Shown here one piece after another: positions 9,064 to 17,991 of a stretch of DNA of 64,000 nucleotides (position 1 is the first letter of the stretch; each line of letters begins with the position of its first letter). The notes beneath the pieces were generated by a model. That model was not told the origin of the DNA. It searched no databases and saw nothing but the letters and a program-made list of their open reading frames with translations. This stretch comes from Dehalococcoidales bacterium. Lineage in GTDB: Bacteria > Chloroflexota > Dehalococcoidia > Dehalococcoidales > RBG-16-60-22. The DNA is taken from assembly GCA_034418415.1 (NCBI GenBank), contig DAOULS010000111.1, positions 1,157-65,156 on the forward strand, in the 5' to 3' direction. The position numbers and the translations under genes were made by a program.

Positions 9064-9962
9064 AAATCGGTAAGTATCAGGTGGTGGAGGATACCGATTA
9101 CGGCTACCGGCGTCTCGACCCCCTGCCTGATGATGCGGAGTTGACCAAGTTCTACGAGAGTCAGTATTACGACCTTATCCGTAAGGGCGGGCGGGCGCCG
9201 GAGTTGCGGCGCCTGATGGCTGGCGGCAGGGAAGGCGAGCTTGAGCGTCGCTGGCTGCACGAGACCCTCTATACCGATATCCTCTATGTGCTGGATAAGT
9301 TCGCGCCGGGCAAACGGGTACTGGATGTCGGCTGCGGCGTGGGCGAATTCCTTTCTTTTCTAAAACAGAAAAAGCGCAACGCCGCCGGCATCGAACCGGC
9401 GCAGGAAGCGGCCGCCGCGGCGCAGAAAAAGGGACTGGACGTGCGCGCCGCCACTCTGGAGGAATTTGCCGCCGGGGTCTCGGTCAAGTCCGAGAAGTTC
9501 GGCGCGGTTATTCTCTTAAACGTCCTGGAGCACACGCCCCATCCGGAAAACGTGGTTGAGCTGGTTAAGAAAGTCCTGGAGCCGGATGGCGTAATCTGTG
9601 TCCGCGTGCCCAATGATTTCTCTGAAATCCAGCTGGCGGCGTATGATAAACTGAAAAAAGACCCCTGGTGGATATCCCCGCCCGACCATATAAATTACTT
9701 TAACTTTAAATCGTTAAACGACTTCCTGGAAAAGCTTGGTTTTGAGATTGTCTATGCCCAGGGCGATTATCCCATGGAACTCTTCCTGCTGCAGGGTGAC
9801 GATTATACAGGCAATCCTGAACTGGGCGGCAAGTGTCACCGTAAAAGGGTCGATTTTGAACTGTCCATCCCCGGCGAATTAAGGCGCCGTTTATACCAGG
9901 CGCTGGCGCTGGCCGGCGTGGGTCGCGACTGCCTGACCTTCGGGAGGCTTAAGGGAAAATGA
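9060..9962 (+). CDS. Class I SAM-dependent methyltransferase
   Basis: VLDVGCGVG, LNVLEH, VPND and PPDHINYF motifs, typical of glycan-locus methyltransferases. Confidence 0.85.
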   Translation: MKIGKYQVVEDTDYGYRRLDPLPDDAELTKFYESQYYDLIRKGGRAPELRRLMAGGREGELERRWLHETLYTDILYVLDKFAPGKRVLDVGCGVGEFLSFLKQKKRNAAGIEPAQEAAAAAQKKGLDVRAATLEEFAAGVSVKSEKFGAVILLNVLEHTPHPENVVELVKKVLEPDGVICVRVPNDFSEIQLAAYDKLKKDPWWISPPDHINYFNFKSLNDFLEKLGFEIVYAQGDYPMELFLLQGDDYTGNPELGGKCHRKRVDFELSIPGELRRRLYQALALAGVGRDCLTFGRLKGK

Positions 9963-10933
9963 ATGTACTCTTGTCCAGTGCATCGCGCCACGTAAATCTG
10001 GTCCGCGCTTTCCAGCAGGCGCTGAAGCGCGAGGGGGGAGGTAAGGTCATTGCGGTGGACGCCAGTCCGCGGGCCGCCGCCCTCTATTTCGCCGACGAAT
10101 GCTACCTCGTGCCCCAGAGCGATAATCCGGAGTTCCTCGATGTCATGCAGCGACTCTGCCGGAAGCGGGAAGTGCAACTGCTTGTCACCCTCCGCGATGA
10201 AGAGCTTCTCTTTTTCGCTGAACACAAGGCAAAATTCGCCGCCGCTGGCACCACCGTCATGGTGGCGGACAGCAAGACCATAAAAATCTGCCAGGACAAA
10301 CAGCTTTTTATCGAATTCTGCCGCGATAACGGCTTTGCTGTCCCTGAAACCTACGGGGAGAAAGAATTTAAAGCAAAAACGGCGTTCCCCCTGTTCGTCA
10401 AGCCGCGCATTGGCAAGGGTGGTAGAAAGACTACCCGCATCGACTCTCCGGAGGAGCTGGAGCTGGCTTTGAAAAATGCCCACGATGCCATCGTTCAGAA
10501 ATTCATCGTCTCTCCGGAGTACACCATCGACCTTTTTGCCGATTTTTCCGGCAAGGTAATCTCCGTCGTGCCGCGTGAGCGACTGCTCGTCTTTGGCGGT
10601 GAGTCCTTCGTCAGCCGCACGTCTAAAAATTCCCACCTGATAAAGGAGTCGGTCCGCCTGGCGGAGAAGCTGCAACTAATCGGTCATAATACCATCCAGT
10701 GTTTCCTGTCGGGCGACAAAGTCGAGTTTATAGAGGTTAATCCCCGCTTCGGCGGCGGCGCTAATCTCGGGTTTGCCGCCGGTGCCCCCACCCCCCTGTA
10801 CATGGTGCAGTTACTGAAAGGCAAAAAGCTGACGCCGCAAATCGGCGAGTTCAAAGATAATTACTTTATGCTCCGCTACACGGAAGACAAATTCCTGGAG
10901 AAAAAGTCGCTGACCCCCAGGATGTTCACATGA
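9959..10933 (+). CDS. ATP-grasp protein (carbamoyl-phosphate synthase-like, single domain)
   Basis: ICQDK, PLFVKPR.GKGG, EYTID, FIEVNPRFGGG. Confidence 0.85.
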   Translation: MNVLLSSASRHVNLVRAFQQALKREGGGKVIAVDASPRAAALYFADECYLVPQSDNPEFLDVMQRLCRKREVQLLVTLRDEELLFFAEHKAKFAAAGTTVMVADSKTIKICQDKQLFIEFCRDNGFAVPETYGEKEFKAKTAFPLFVKPRIGKGGRKTTRIDSPEELELALKNAHDAIVQKFIVSPEYTIDLFADFSGKVISVVPRERLLVFGGESFVSRTSKNSHLIKESVRLAEKLQLIGHNTIQCFLSGDKVEFIEVNPRFGGGANLGFAAGAPTPLYMVQLLKGKKLTPQIGEFKDNYFMLRYTEDKFLEKKSLTPRMFT

Positions 10934-11610
10934 AAGCCGTGCTGTTCGACCTCGATGATACTCTTTACCCGGAGATTGAATTTGTAAAAAGCGGTTTCAC
11001 CGCGGTAGCCCGCCACCTGGCTTCGAAACACAATTTGAATGCAGACTCTCTTTTTCAGCAGATGCTTGATATCCTGCAGAGAGACGGACGTGGCAAAATC
11101 TTCGATACCCTGCTTGAGAAACTTGGTTTGTTTTCCGGCGAAACGGTCAGGACTCTGGTCGACCTTTACCGCTCGCACCAGCCGTCGATTAGCTTATATC
11201 CGGATACTCTGCCTGTGCTGGAAAACTTGAGACGGAACGGGATTAAAATAGGCATCATCACCGACGCCATGGCTTCGGTCCAGAAAAATAAGGTCAAGGC
11301 CCTGGGACTGGGGAATTCCTTTGATATTATTATCTATACCGAAGAGCTGGGCGAAGGCTGCAGCAAGCCCTCCCCCGTTCCTTTTAAGACTGCCCTCGAC
11401 TCTTTAAAGATGCCGGCACCGGACGCCGCCTATATCGGCGACGACCCCTCAAAAGACTTTCTGGCGCCGAATAATCTGGGCATGTTGACCGTTCAGGTAG
11501 CTAGGCAGGCGCCGCCGGATTTCAAGCCCTTTCCTCCCCCCACCGGTGCTAAATACGTCGTCAAAGACCTGGCAGGGATTTTCCCTATAATCAATAAATC
11601 CCTGCCGTAA
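10930..11610 (+). CDS. HAD-superfamily hydrolase
   Basis: FDLDDTLY, IITD, SKP and YIGDDPSKD motifs. Confidence 0.9.
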   Translation: MKAVLFDLDDTLYPEIEFVKSGFTAVARHLASKHNLNADSLFQQMLDILQRDGRGKIFDTLLEKLGLFSGETVRTLVDLYRSHQPSISLYPDTLPVLENLRRNGIKIGIITDAMASVQKNKVKALGLGNSFDIIIYTEELGEGCSKPSPVPFKTALDSLKMPAPDAAYIGDDPSKDFLAPNNLGMLTVQVARQAPPDFKPFPPPTGAKYVVKDLAGIFPIINKSLP

Positions 11611-11617
11611 CTTTTTT

Positions 11618-12424
11618 CTATAACCCCGCGTTAGTGACCGCCGCCCCGGAAACGTCAACCACCGCCGAGCCTCCGTCGATAAGCAGCGCCGAGCCGGTCA
11701 TAAAGGAAGACTCGTCGCTGGCGAGGTAGCTGCAGAGGCCGGTAATTTCTTCGGGCTTGGACACTCGTTTTAACGGTACGTCCTTGGAAAAGTAGTCCAG
11801 GGCGCCCTGTTTGTTCGTCCCCAGCTTCTGTGATAGCGGAATTATCATCTCGTCGAGCAGCTCGGTGTCGATGCCACCGGGGCATACCGCATTGACCCTT
11901 ATGTTGTACTTGCCGTAGTCCAGCGCCGCCTGCTGTGTCAGCATTATCAGTCCGGCTTTGGCGGTACAGTACGCCGGGCATATCGGTAGACAGCGCATCC
12001 CGCCCAGCGACGCGATATTTATTATCGAGCCTTTTTTTGCCTTTATCATCAGCGGTAGCACCTCGCGCATCATCAGGAAAGGCCCCGTCAGGTCGATATC
12101 GATAACCAGTCTCCAATCGTCCGGCTTGAGGTCGGTAATATTGCCCTTCACATCGTGGGCGGCGTTGTTCACCAGCACGTCGATTTTGCCGTTGAATTCC
12201 AGCGTCTTCTCGACCATCTTTTTTACATCCGCCTCTTTGCTGACGTCCCCCGGGCAGATTAACACCGACCCCTTGGGTAGGGTATTGGCTGTTTCTTCCA
12301 GTTTTTCGCGTCTCCGACCGGATATGCATACTTTGGCGCTGTCCTTGATAAAACGCTTTGTTATTGCCACACCTAGACCGGCGCCTCCTCCGGTAATCAG
12401 TGCTATTTTTCCTTTCAGGTCCAT
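11618..12424 (-). CDS. Short-chain dehydrogenase/reductase
   Basis: TGGGAGLG, NNAA, YCTAK, NAVCPG. Confidence 0.9.
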   Translation of the reverse strand: MDLKGKIALITGGGAGLGVAITKRFIKDSAKVCISGRRREKLEETANTLPKGSVLICPGDVSKEADVKKMVEKTLEFNGKIDVLVNNAAHDVKGNITDLKPDDWRLVIDIDLTGPFLMMREVLPLMIKAKKGSIINIASLGGMRCLPICPAYCTAKAGLIMLTQQAALDYGKYNIRVNAVCPGGIDTELLDEMIIPLSQKLGTNKQGALDYFSKDVPLKRVSKPEEITGLCSYLASDESSFMTGSALLIDGGSAVVDVSGAAVTNAGL

Positions 12425-12468
12425 GTTCTTTATATCCTCCTGTTCTTACTAATAAAAATTTTCTGGTT

Positions 12469-12900
12469 TTAAGGATTAGTGTTTTCTAGTAAACCTGTTT
12501 TGGGGTTTAACCGCCTGTAGAAGCAGTTGCGGGCTTCCCCTTTGGAATTAAAGGTATGGCAAACTCCCCCGCCTTTTGGATTAACCAGGTAGAGCAGTGA
12601 GTTTTGCTCGCAGTTAACATACACTTCTTTCAATTCATAGATATTCCCTGATGTCTCTCCCTTGACCCAGAGTTCGTTTCTGGATGTGCTCCAGAATGTC
12701 GCTATGCCTGTCCGGATACTTTTTTCGAAAGCTTCTTTATTGGTGTAGGCGATGAGTATAACTTCTCTGGTGTTGATATCCTGTACTGCCACTGGAATTA
12801 CGCCGGGAATCTGCGCCACTATCTTTTGTAGCTTTTCAAAGTCTAGCAGGAGGTTCTTCCCTTCCTCTAACTCCTGTGTAGTTATTTTATTGTCTTTCAT
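12469..12900 (-). CDS. hisI: Phosphoribosyl-AMP cyclohydrolase (HisI-like)
   Basis: IPVAVQD, AYTNKEA, FWSTSRNELWVKGETSGN, and three Cys (NCEQN, VCHT, NCFY). Confidence 0.8.
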   Translation of the reverse strand: MKDNKITTQELEEGKNLLLDFEKLQKIVAQIPGVIPVAVQDINTREVILIAYTNKEAFEKSIRTGIATFWSTSRNELWVKGETSGNIYELKEVYVNCEQNSLLYLVNPKGGGVCHTFNSKGEARNCFYRRLNPKTGLLENTNP

Positions 12901-12943
12901 TTGATTTTCCTGAAAACCTTATTCTATACCTGTCTATTATACA

Positions 12944-13351
12944 CTAATCTTCCCGCTCGCCGGTCAGCGATACCGCCATGCAGACGTAAGGCTTGTCCAG
13001 CCTCTTGGTGACAATCGGGCAGTGGTACAGACCGGCCGGGGCCACCAGTACCGTGGGCTTATCGAAGGTATGCTTCTCTTCCTTGCCCTCTTCCCCGATG
13101 GATATTTCCACCTCCGCCCCCAGCTCGTCGAGGTGCTTGGGGTCTGTCCCTATAAAGAACACTGCCTCATCATATTTATGCACATGTGGCTTGCGGGACA
13201 TGCCGGTGATGCCGGTATTATAACCGCAGGCGTAGATAACGTGGAGCTCCAATCCCCCCATTTCCTTCGCCCCCACGGAGAATAAAGGCCCTACCGGCGT
13301 TTTATGAAATGGGATGGTTACCACGTATTTCCCGTACTTGGACTCTGCCAT
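12944..13351 (-). CDS. Small cupin-fold protein of an uncharacterised family
   Basis: PHVHKYDEAVFFIG...LGAEVEI...PAGLYHCP metal-binding cupin pattern. Confidence 0.7.
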   Translation of the reverse strand: MAESKYGKYVVTIPFHKTPVGPLFSVGAKEMGGLELHVIYACGYNTGITGMSRKPHVHKYDEAVFFIGTDPKHLDELGAEVEISIGEEGKEEKHTFDKPTVLVAPAGLYHCPIVTKRLDKPYVCMAVSLTGERED

Positions 13352-13373
13352 TATCGCTCCTCTCGTAGTATTG

Positions 13374-14132
13374 TTATTCTTTTATCTTCTTCCGCAGGGC
13401 TTCCATTAGCTTGTTCACGCGCTTGCGGTGGGTTACCCCTCCCGGTCCCGGCGGCGGGTTGGGGTCGTATTTCATTTCCTTGAGGTTCTCCAGCATCGTC
13501 GGGATACGCTGGAAAGGCACCGATATCAGGAACAGCCCCGGCGGGAAGATATTCATCTCGTGCATGCCCTGTCCCAGTCCGGTGATGTAATAGTTCAGCT
13601 CGCCGCTGACGACCGGGTAGATGTAAATCCAGGCGCAGGCGACCACCGGCATTGCCTTGCTGACGAACGGCTCCCCGGTGGAATAGTTAATCGACCTTAA
13701 TACGGTCGCCGCTTGGTATATATCGGCGGTGATTACCAGAACATCCGGGTCGAAGGTCAGCTTGTCCAGCGGTGCGAAGACAACGTACTGCACCGAGTTC
13801 TTCGGCAGGCGGGGCAGATACTGGTACATGGTGCGGCAGGCGCTGGCACAGGAAAACAGTTTGTCTTCTCCGCCCAGCATCCCGCTCACGAGTATCGTTT
13901 CTACGTCCTGCATGCCCAGTATCCACTGTTCCACGCCCACGCATACCCAGTCGTTGGGCCCCACGTAAAAGGCTTTGCCATCCTGGGCTTCCTTGAGCAT
14001 CTCGCAGAAATTCAGTTCCTTGGCTATCTTCTTGATGCCGGCGGGTTTGACGGCGGTGAACTGCACGCCCACTGGCTTTCTCTCGAACTTGAACTTGTCT
14101 AGTACGGAAAAATCTCTGGAAACAGGGCTCAT
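13374..14132 (-). CDS. DUF169-family protein
   Basis: KPVGVQF, LNFCEMLKEA, VFAPL, ACAW..IYP..SGE patterns. Start moved from track position 14339 to the ATG at 14132, which follows GAAGGAGG. Confidence 0.7.
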   Translation of the reverse strand: MSPVSRDFSVLDKFKFERKPVGVQFTAVKPAGIKKIAKELNFCEMLKEAQDGKAFYVGPNDWVCVGVEQWILGMQDVETILVSGMLGGEDKLFSCASACRTMYQYLPRLPKNSVQYVVFAPLDKLTFDPDVLVITADIYQAATVLRSINYSTGEPFVSKAMPVVACAWIYIYPVVSGELNYYITGLGQGMHEMNIFPPGLFLISVPFQRIPTMLENLKEMKYDPNPPPGPGGVTHRKRVNKLMEALRKKIKE

Positions 14133-14266
14133 AACGGCCTCCTTCAAAGGGGATAATCTAGGACGCTTTCTCCTATAATAAAATTGTTGCCGCGGATATT
14201 CAAGTTGACTCTTATGGAGTTTGGGCGGTGGAGAGATGAGTGTAAACAACGACCTTGGTTTAAATC

Positions 14267-14965
14267 TTACGCCAGGTATTGTTTGTGCAGTTCGGGGTTG
14301 TATTTCGCTCTTCTGGTAGGGCAGTCCTGTTTGGGGCATATCTGGCAGGTTACAAAGCCGCTCTCGTTGGGGAAGATGATGCTGGAGACTGACTTCGTAG
14401 GGTTTAAGACCCCGCCCGACGATAATGTTACCCCGATTCGCCCCTCTACATCGTCGAACAGGCTAAGGAAGGCTCGCTGTTCCGTTATTGGCCAGTCCTC
14501 CAGCGACCCCGGGTTCATGCGGGCTATCTTGGGCATCTTGTATTTCTTTTTGACGTATTCGGTGAGGTATTCGGACGCGTTGCCCAGCACCAGCGTTTTA
14601 ATGATTTCCAGGCAGATGCCCTTCATCATTTCGCCGCGCTCCGCCTTGAGCTCGTCCAGTTCCCTGCCGATGGTGGCTATATAGGGGACTACTGTATCCA
14701 GACCGGTGAAAAGTTTGCTTAATACTTTGCTTTTGAATGTAATCCCGTCGATTTCTGTGGTGGCCTTATCGATGACACGGGCGTGTGATATCTTGTAAAG
14801 CGCCTTGGGACGGGCTATCTTGCGTGTTTCTTCTACCAGCTCCCGCGCCATTGCTTCCACCCGGTCGCTGGTTCTGCCCGGATGCATCCACTTTAGCACC
14901 CAGGTCACATCGATTTCTGCCGGTATCTCAAGCTGATGTATTTCTTTTTTTACGGATTTTTTCAA
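14267..14965 (-). CDS. Stand-alone B12-dependent methionine synthase activation-domain-like protein
   Basis: YIATIG, MNPGSLEDWPITEQ, IGVTL...NPTKSVS, terminal CQICPKQDCPTRRA. Confidence 0.75.
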   Translation of the reverse strand: MKKSVKKEIHQLEIPAEIDVTWVLKWMHPGRTSDRVEAMARELVEETRKIARPKALYKISHARVIDKATTEIDGITFKSKVLSKLFTGLDTVVPYIATIGRELDELKAERGEMMKGICLEIIKTLVLGNASEYLTEYVKKKYKMPKIARMNPGSLEDWPITEQRAFLSLFDDVEGRIGVTLSSGGVLNPTKSVSSIIFPNESGFVTCQICPKQDCPTRRAKYNPELHKQYLA

Positions 14966-15138
14966 AAATGCTATCCTTTAGCTTGTAACGATGCTTGTAT
15001 ATTAATCAATTGTAATATATAATTCTATGTCCGAGCAAAAAATCGAGTTTGAAAAGACTTAGGAGGTAGAAGAATGTAGCAGTGGAACATCGTATTTCTC
15101 TGTGTTTTTTAAAAAAATCACAATTTGGAGGAAGGAAA

Positions 15139-16332
15139 ATGAAAAGGAGCTTATTTATAGCTGCAAATCTCGTACTTGTTTTAGCGCTGGTGTTGAGCTT
15201 CGGTATCGCCGGTTGTACCAGTGAAGAAGAGACCACACCGACGACCTCGACCCCCGCAACAACCTCGCCAGCGCCTACGACTACAACCCCGCCTGAAACC
15301 ACCACGCCCCCGGAGACCACCACGCCCCCGGAAACAACTACACCTCCGGAAACAACCACAACACCGCCAGCGGAACCTGTTGCTATTTCCTGGGAGGAAG
15401 CTGCCGATTATATCGGTGTGCTGGTTACGGTAGAGGGCCCGATTATCGATAAGTGGGATATCGGCACCGGCATGCTGCTCGGCATGGGAAAGAGCGCTGT
15501 GGAGGAAGGCACTGTCGGCATCGAAATCAGCTACGTCCTTGCGGCTGAACTCCCGGAGGATCTGTATGTCGGCCAGACGATTAAGGTAACGGGTACCCCG
15601 TATATCAATCCTCTCGGAGGTGCTTCTATTATTGTTTCTGACGCGTCCCAGATAGAAGCCATGGGACCGGCGCCTACTGAACCGGAACCCACCACTACCG
15701 AGCCGGAACCCACCGAGACAACAACGCCGCCTGAAGAAACCACGGAACCGGCGGGCGCAACTGTCTATGTCAGCGTCAGCGTCAACGGCGAACTGCTGGT
15801 TGCCGCGCAGCCCGTTACTGTCACTGAAATGACTGTCGAAGCCGTACTCATCGCCGCCCACGAGGCATTCTACGCTGACGGTCTGGAAGGCTATACGGCC
15901 GGTATTGACCCGACGTTCGGTATGTACCTCGTTACCCAGTGCTGGGGCATTCAAAACACTCCCTACATCATTATTAACGACGCCCCCCTCGGCTCATCGG
16001 GTATCGAAATCGTCAATACCACCTCGGTCGCTGCCAATGACAACATCATCATTTGTACGGGCACCACCACGAGTACAATTAGTCCGGTAGCTCTGACGGC
16101 AACCGTTTCCGGTGATACCGTGACTATCACGGCGACAGCCTGGACACTTAGCTTCGCGACATTCACGTATTCTTCTGCCGCTCTTGCCGGCGCGACTGTT
16201 ATTGACCCGACCACCGGCGAGGTCCTTGGTACCACGGATGAAAATGGCCAAATCACCATAACCATTCCGGCAAGCGGCATTGTTGCCATTGAAGGTATGG
16301 CGGCTATCAACGTTTTAGCCTCGGCCACATAA
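15139..16332 (+). CDS. Surface lipoprotein with Pro/Thr-rich linkers, an OB-fold-like domain and a C-terminal beta-rich domain
   Basis: Lipobox IAGC and PPETTT repeats. Start taken at the ATG at 15139 after GGAGGAAGG (track start 15082). Confidence 0.75.
   Translation: MKRSLFIAANLVLVLALVLSFGIAGCTSEEETTPTTSTPATTSPAPTTTTPPETTTPPETTTPPETTTPPETTTTPPAEPVAISWEEAADYIGVLVTVEGPIIDKWDIGTGMLLGMGKSAVEEGTVGIEISYVLAAELPEDLYVGQTIKVTGTPYINPLGGASIIVSDASQIEAMGPAPTEPEPTTTEPEPTETTTPPEETTEPAGATVYVSVSVNGELLVAAQPVTVTEMTVEAVLIAAHEAFYADGLEGYTAGIDPTFGMYLVTQCWGIQNTPYIIINDAPLGSSGIEIVNTTSVAANDNIIICTGTTTSTISPVALTATVSGDTVTITATAWTLSFATFTYSSAALAGATVIDPTTGEVLGTTDENGQITITIPASGIVAIEGMAAINVLASAT
15288..15370 (+). repeat. Imperfect 18-nt coding tandem repeat (about 4 x PPETTT)
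   Basis: ccgcctgaaaccaccacg / cccccggagaccaccacg / cccccggaaacaactaca / cctccggaaacaaccaca. Confidence 0.85.
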
Positions 16333-16357
16333 ACCGGTAGCTTACTTGAGCAATTGA

Positions 16358-16406
16358 GTACTCCCCGGGTTTTAGGTTCTTCGGAATCGAGGACTCCGGG
16401 GAGTAC
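16358..16406 (+). terminator. Long GC hairpin with a C(UUCG)G cap downstream of the lipoprotein gene
   Basis: Perfect 11-bp arms gtactccccgg / ccggggagtac; inner ggttc-ttcg-gaatc. Confidence 0.55.
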
Positions 16407-16518
16407 CTGTTGGTTTGTATCTTCAGACAGTTGTTTCCCCCTGCGGATAAATATTGATTGCTTGATAGCATAAGGAGTACAATCGTTTACAGCTTATTAC
16501 CGAAAGGAGGAAAATATT

Positions 16519-17442
16519 GTGCCCGAGCTTAAATACGCAAACTGTCTGGTGCAAACCCCCGCCCCCTTCCCCCTGGAACTGCAGGGAAAAGATGGGGGCA
16601 TGGCAAAAGACCCCGTCCCGGGTGTGCAAACGACCCATGTCCTGACGGCGGATGAAAGCGAGCAAAAAGGTTTTTTCTTCGTTGACGGCATGTGGTTGTG
16701 GGGCGGTGCGTCCAGGGAGCCCGTCGGTGTTCCGCACAAGCATGATTTCGACCATGTACTCTGCTTCGCCGGCGGCCATATCGATGACCCGCAGGATTTC
16801 GGTGCTGAAATAACCGTCTGGCTGGACGGTAATAAAGAGGTTATCAGGCGTAACAGTATCATCTTTGTACCGGCGGGAGTCGTCCACGGACCGATACTCT
16901 TCAATCGAATCCCCCGCCCGGTCTTTTTCCTCACCGTCGCCATTACCGGCAAATACTCAAGGACCGTCGTCCCGCAGGTCGCTAAACCTGCCAAGGAAAA
17001 GAAGTACACCATCGTGGACGAGCTTTACAAGAGCTTCACCGTAGCCGCCGATAAAAATGCGCCCCCGCCTCCACCGCCGAACCCCAATCTAAAAGGGGCT
17101 CGTATCATGCATATTGAGGCGGATAGAGTTCCGGGTGCGTTTTACGTCGACTTCGTCTGGATATTCAAAGGCACCGGTGCCGCGCCGGCAAAGGTGCACG
17201 ACCATGACTGGCCGGAGCTCATTGCCATGGCTGGAGCCGACCCCTCAAAGCCGCACGACCTTGGCGGCGAGATGTCGATTGTGCTCGGCGATGAAACTCA
17301 CGCGACGACCAAGAGTACCCTGGTCTGCATTCCGGCACATATGATGCACTGTCCGTGGGAATTTCATGATATCGAGACGCCCACTTTGGTCTTTACCGCC
17401 GGACCTTCTCATATGTACACCGGCTCGCATAAGAAAGATTAA
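16519..17442 (+). CDS. Bi-cupin protein, same family as 12944..13351
   Basis: Two repeats: PHKHDFDHVLCFAG..FGAEI..PAGVVHGP and VHDHDWPELIAMAG..LGGEM..PAHMMHCP. Confidence 0.75.
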   Translation: MPELKYANCLVQTPAPFPLELQGKDGGMAKDPVPGVQTTHVLTADESEQKGFFFVDGMWLWGGASREPVGVPHKHDFDHVLCFAGGHIDDPQDFGAEITVWLDGNKEVIRRNSIIFVPAGVVHGPILFNRIPRPVFFLTVAITGKYSRTVVPQVAKPAKEKKYTIVDELYKSFTVAADKNAPPPPPPNPNLKGARIMHIEADRVPGAFYVDFVWIFKGTGAAPAKVHDHDWPELIAMAGADPSKPHDLGGEMSIVLGDETHATTKSTLVCIPAHMMHCPWEFHDIETPTLVFTAGPSHMYTGSHKKD

Positions 17443-17451
17443 TAACTGGAA

Positions 17452-17488
17452 AAGAGGAGGCGGGGCTCTTGATTGCCTGCCTCCTCTT
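17452..17488. terminator. Hairpin between convergent genes
   Basis: aagaggaggcggg ... cctgcctcctctt followed by an A/T-rich run. Confidence 0.6.
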
Positions 17489-17511
17489 ATATTGTGGTTT
17501 TGTTTTTACCG

Positions 17512-17991
17512 CTAGGGTGCTGGAGCGTACTGCACGATGCCCGCGGCCAGAAAATAGGTTAACATGTCGCTTATCAGCCACGCCTCGATGATTTTACCGT
17601 CCTTGACTTTCAGGAAATAGGCGCCCTGGTATGTTAAACTCTCACCGCCGACGGTACCTGTCTCCGTCCACCTGACCGCCCCGATGTCGCCCATGGCGAC
17701 TATTTCCGACCACGTATGAGTGATAGGGCCGGCAGCCGAATCCACTATTCCCTGAATGGCGGCTATGTGGTTCTCGCTCCCTACTGTATCCGGCCAGTTC
17801 ATCATGTGGAGAACTATATTGGCGTCTTCGACTTCCATCAGGCCTGAACTGTCTCCGGTGCTGAACATCAAATCTTCAGCTTCGATAAACTTGTTAACGA
17901 CGTCTAATGTAGGATTGCCCCCGCACCCCGTCATCGCTAGGATTGCTACGGCAAGTAAAGGTAATATCAGCCATAATGCTTTGAGTTTCAT
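17512..17991 (-). CDS. SnoaL/NTF2-like lipoprotein
   Basis: Lipobox MTGC; GDIGAVRW..GT...GAYFLKVKDGKIIEAW. Likely start MKLKAL after GGAGG (track start 18033). Confidence 0.75.
   Translation of the reverse strand: MKLKALWLILPLLAVAILAMTGCGGNPTLDVVNKFIEAEDLMFSTGDSSGLMEVEDANIVLHMMNWPDTVGSENHIAAIQGIVDSAAGPITHTWSEIVAMGDIGAVRWTETGTVGGESLTYQGAYFLKVKDGKIIEAWLISDMLTYFLAAGIVQYAPAP

Noticed and set aside
13374-14339. Track start at 14339 for the DUF169 gene (likewise extended starts at 15082, 18033, 33504, 40499, 41165, 52534)
   Set aside because: The extensions overlap neighbouring genes or promoters; downstream starts have better RBSs or overlapping stop-start junctions, and homology begins there.
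14966-15138. Cobalamin riboswitch near the MetH-activation-like gene
   Set aside because: The region is AT-rich and lacks the GGGAA/B12-box (GCCACTG...GAAG) elements.
15006-15359. Minus-strand ORF with VVSGGV repeats (also 15181..15954 and 15963..16328)
   Set aside because: Antisense shadows of the PPETTT lipoprotein gene, which has the RBS and lipobox.
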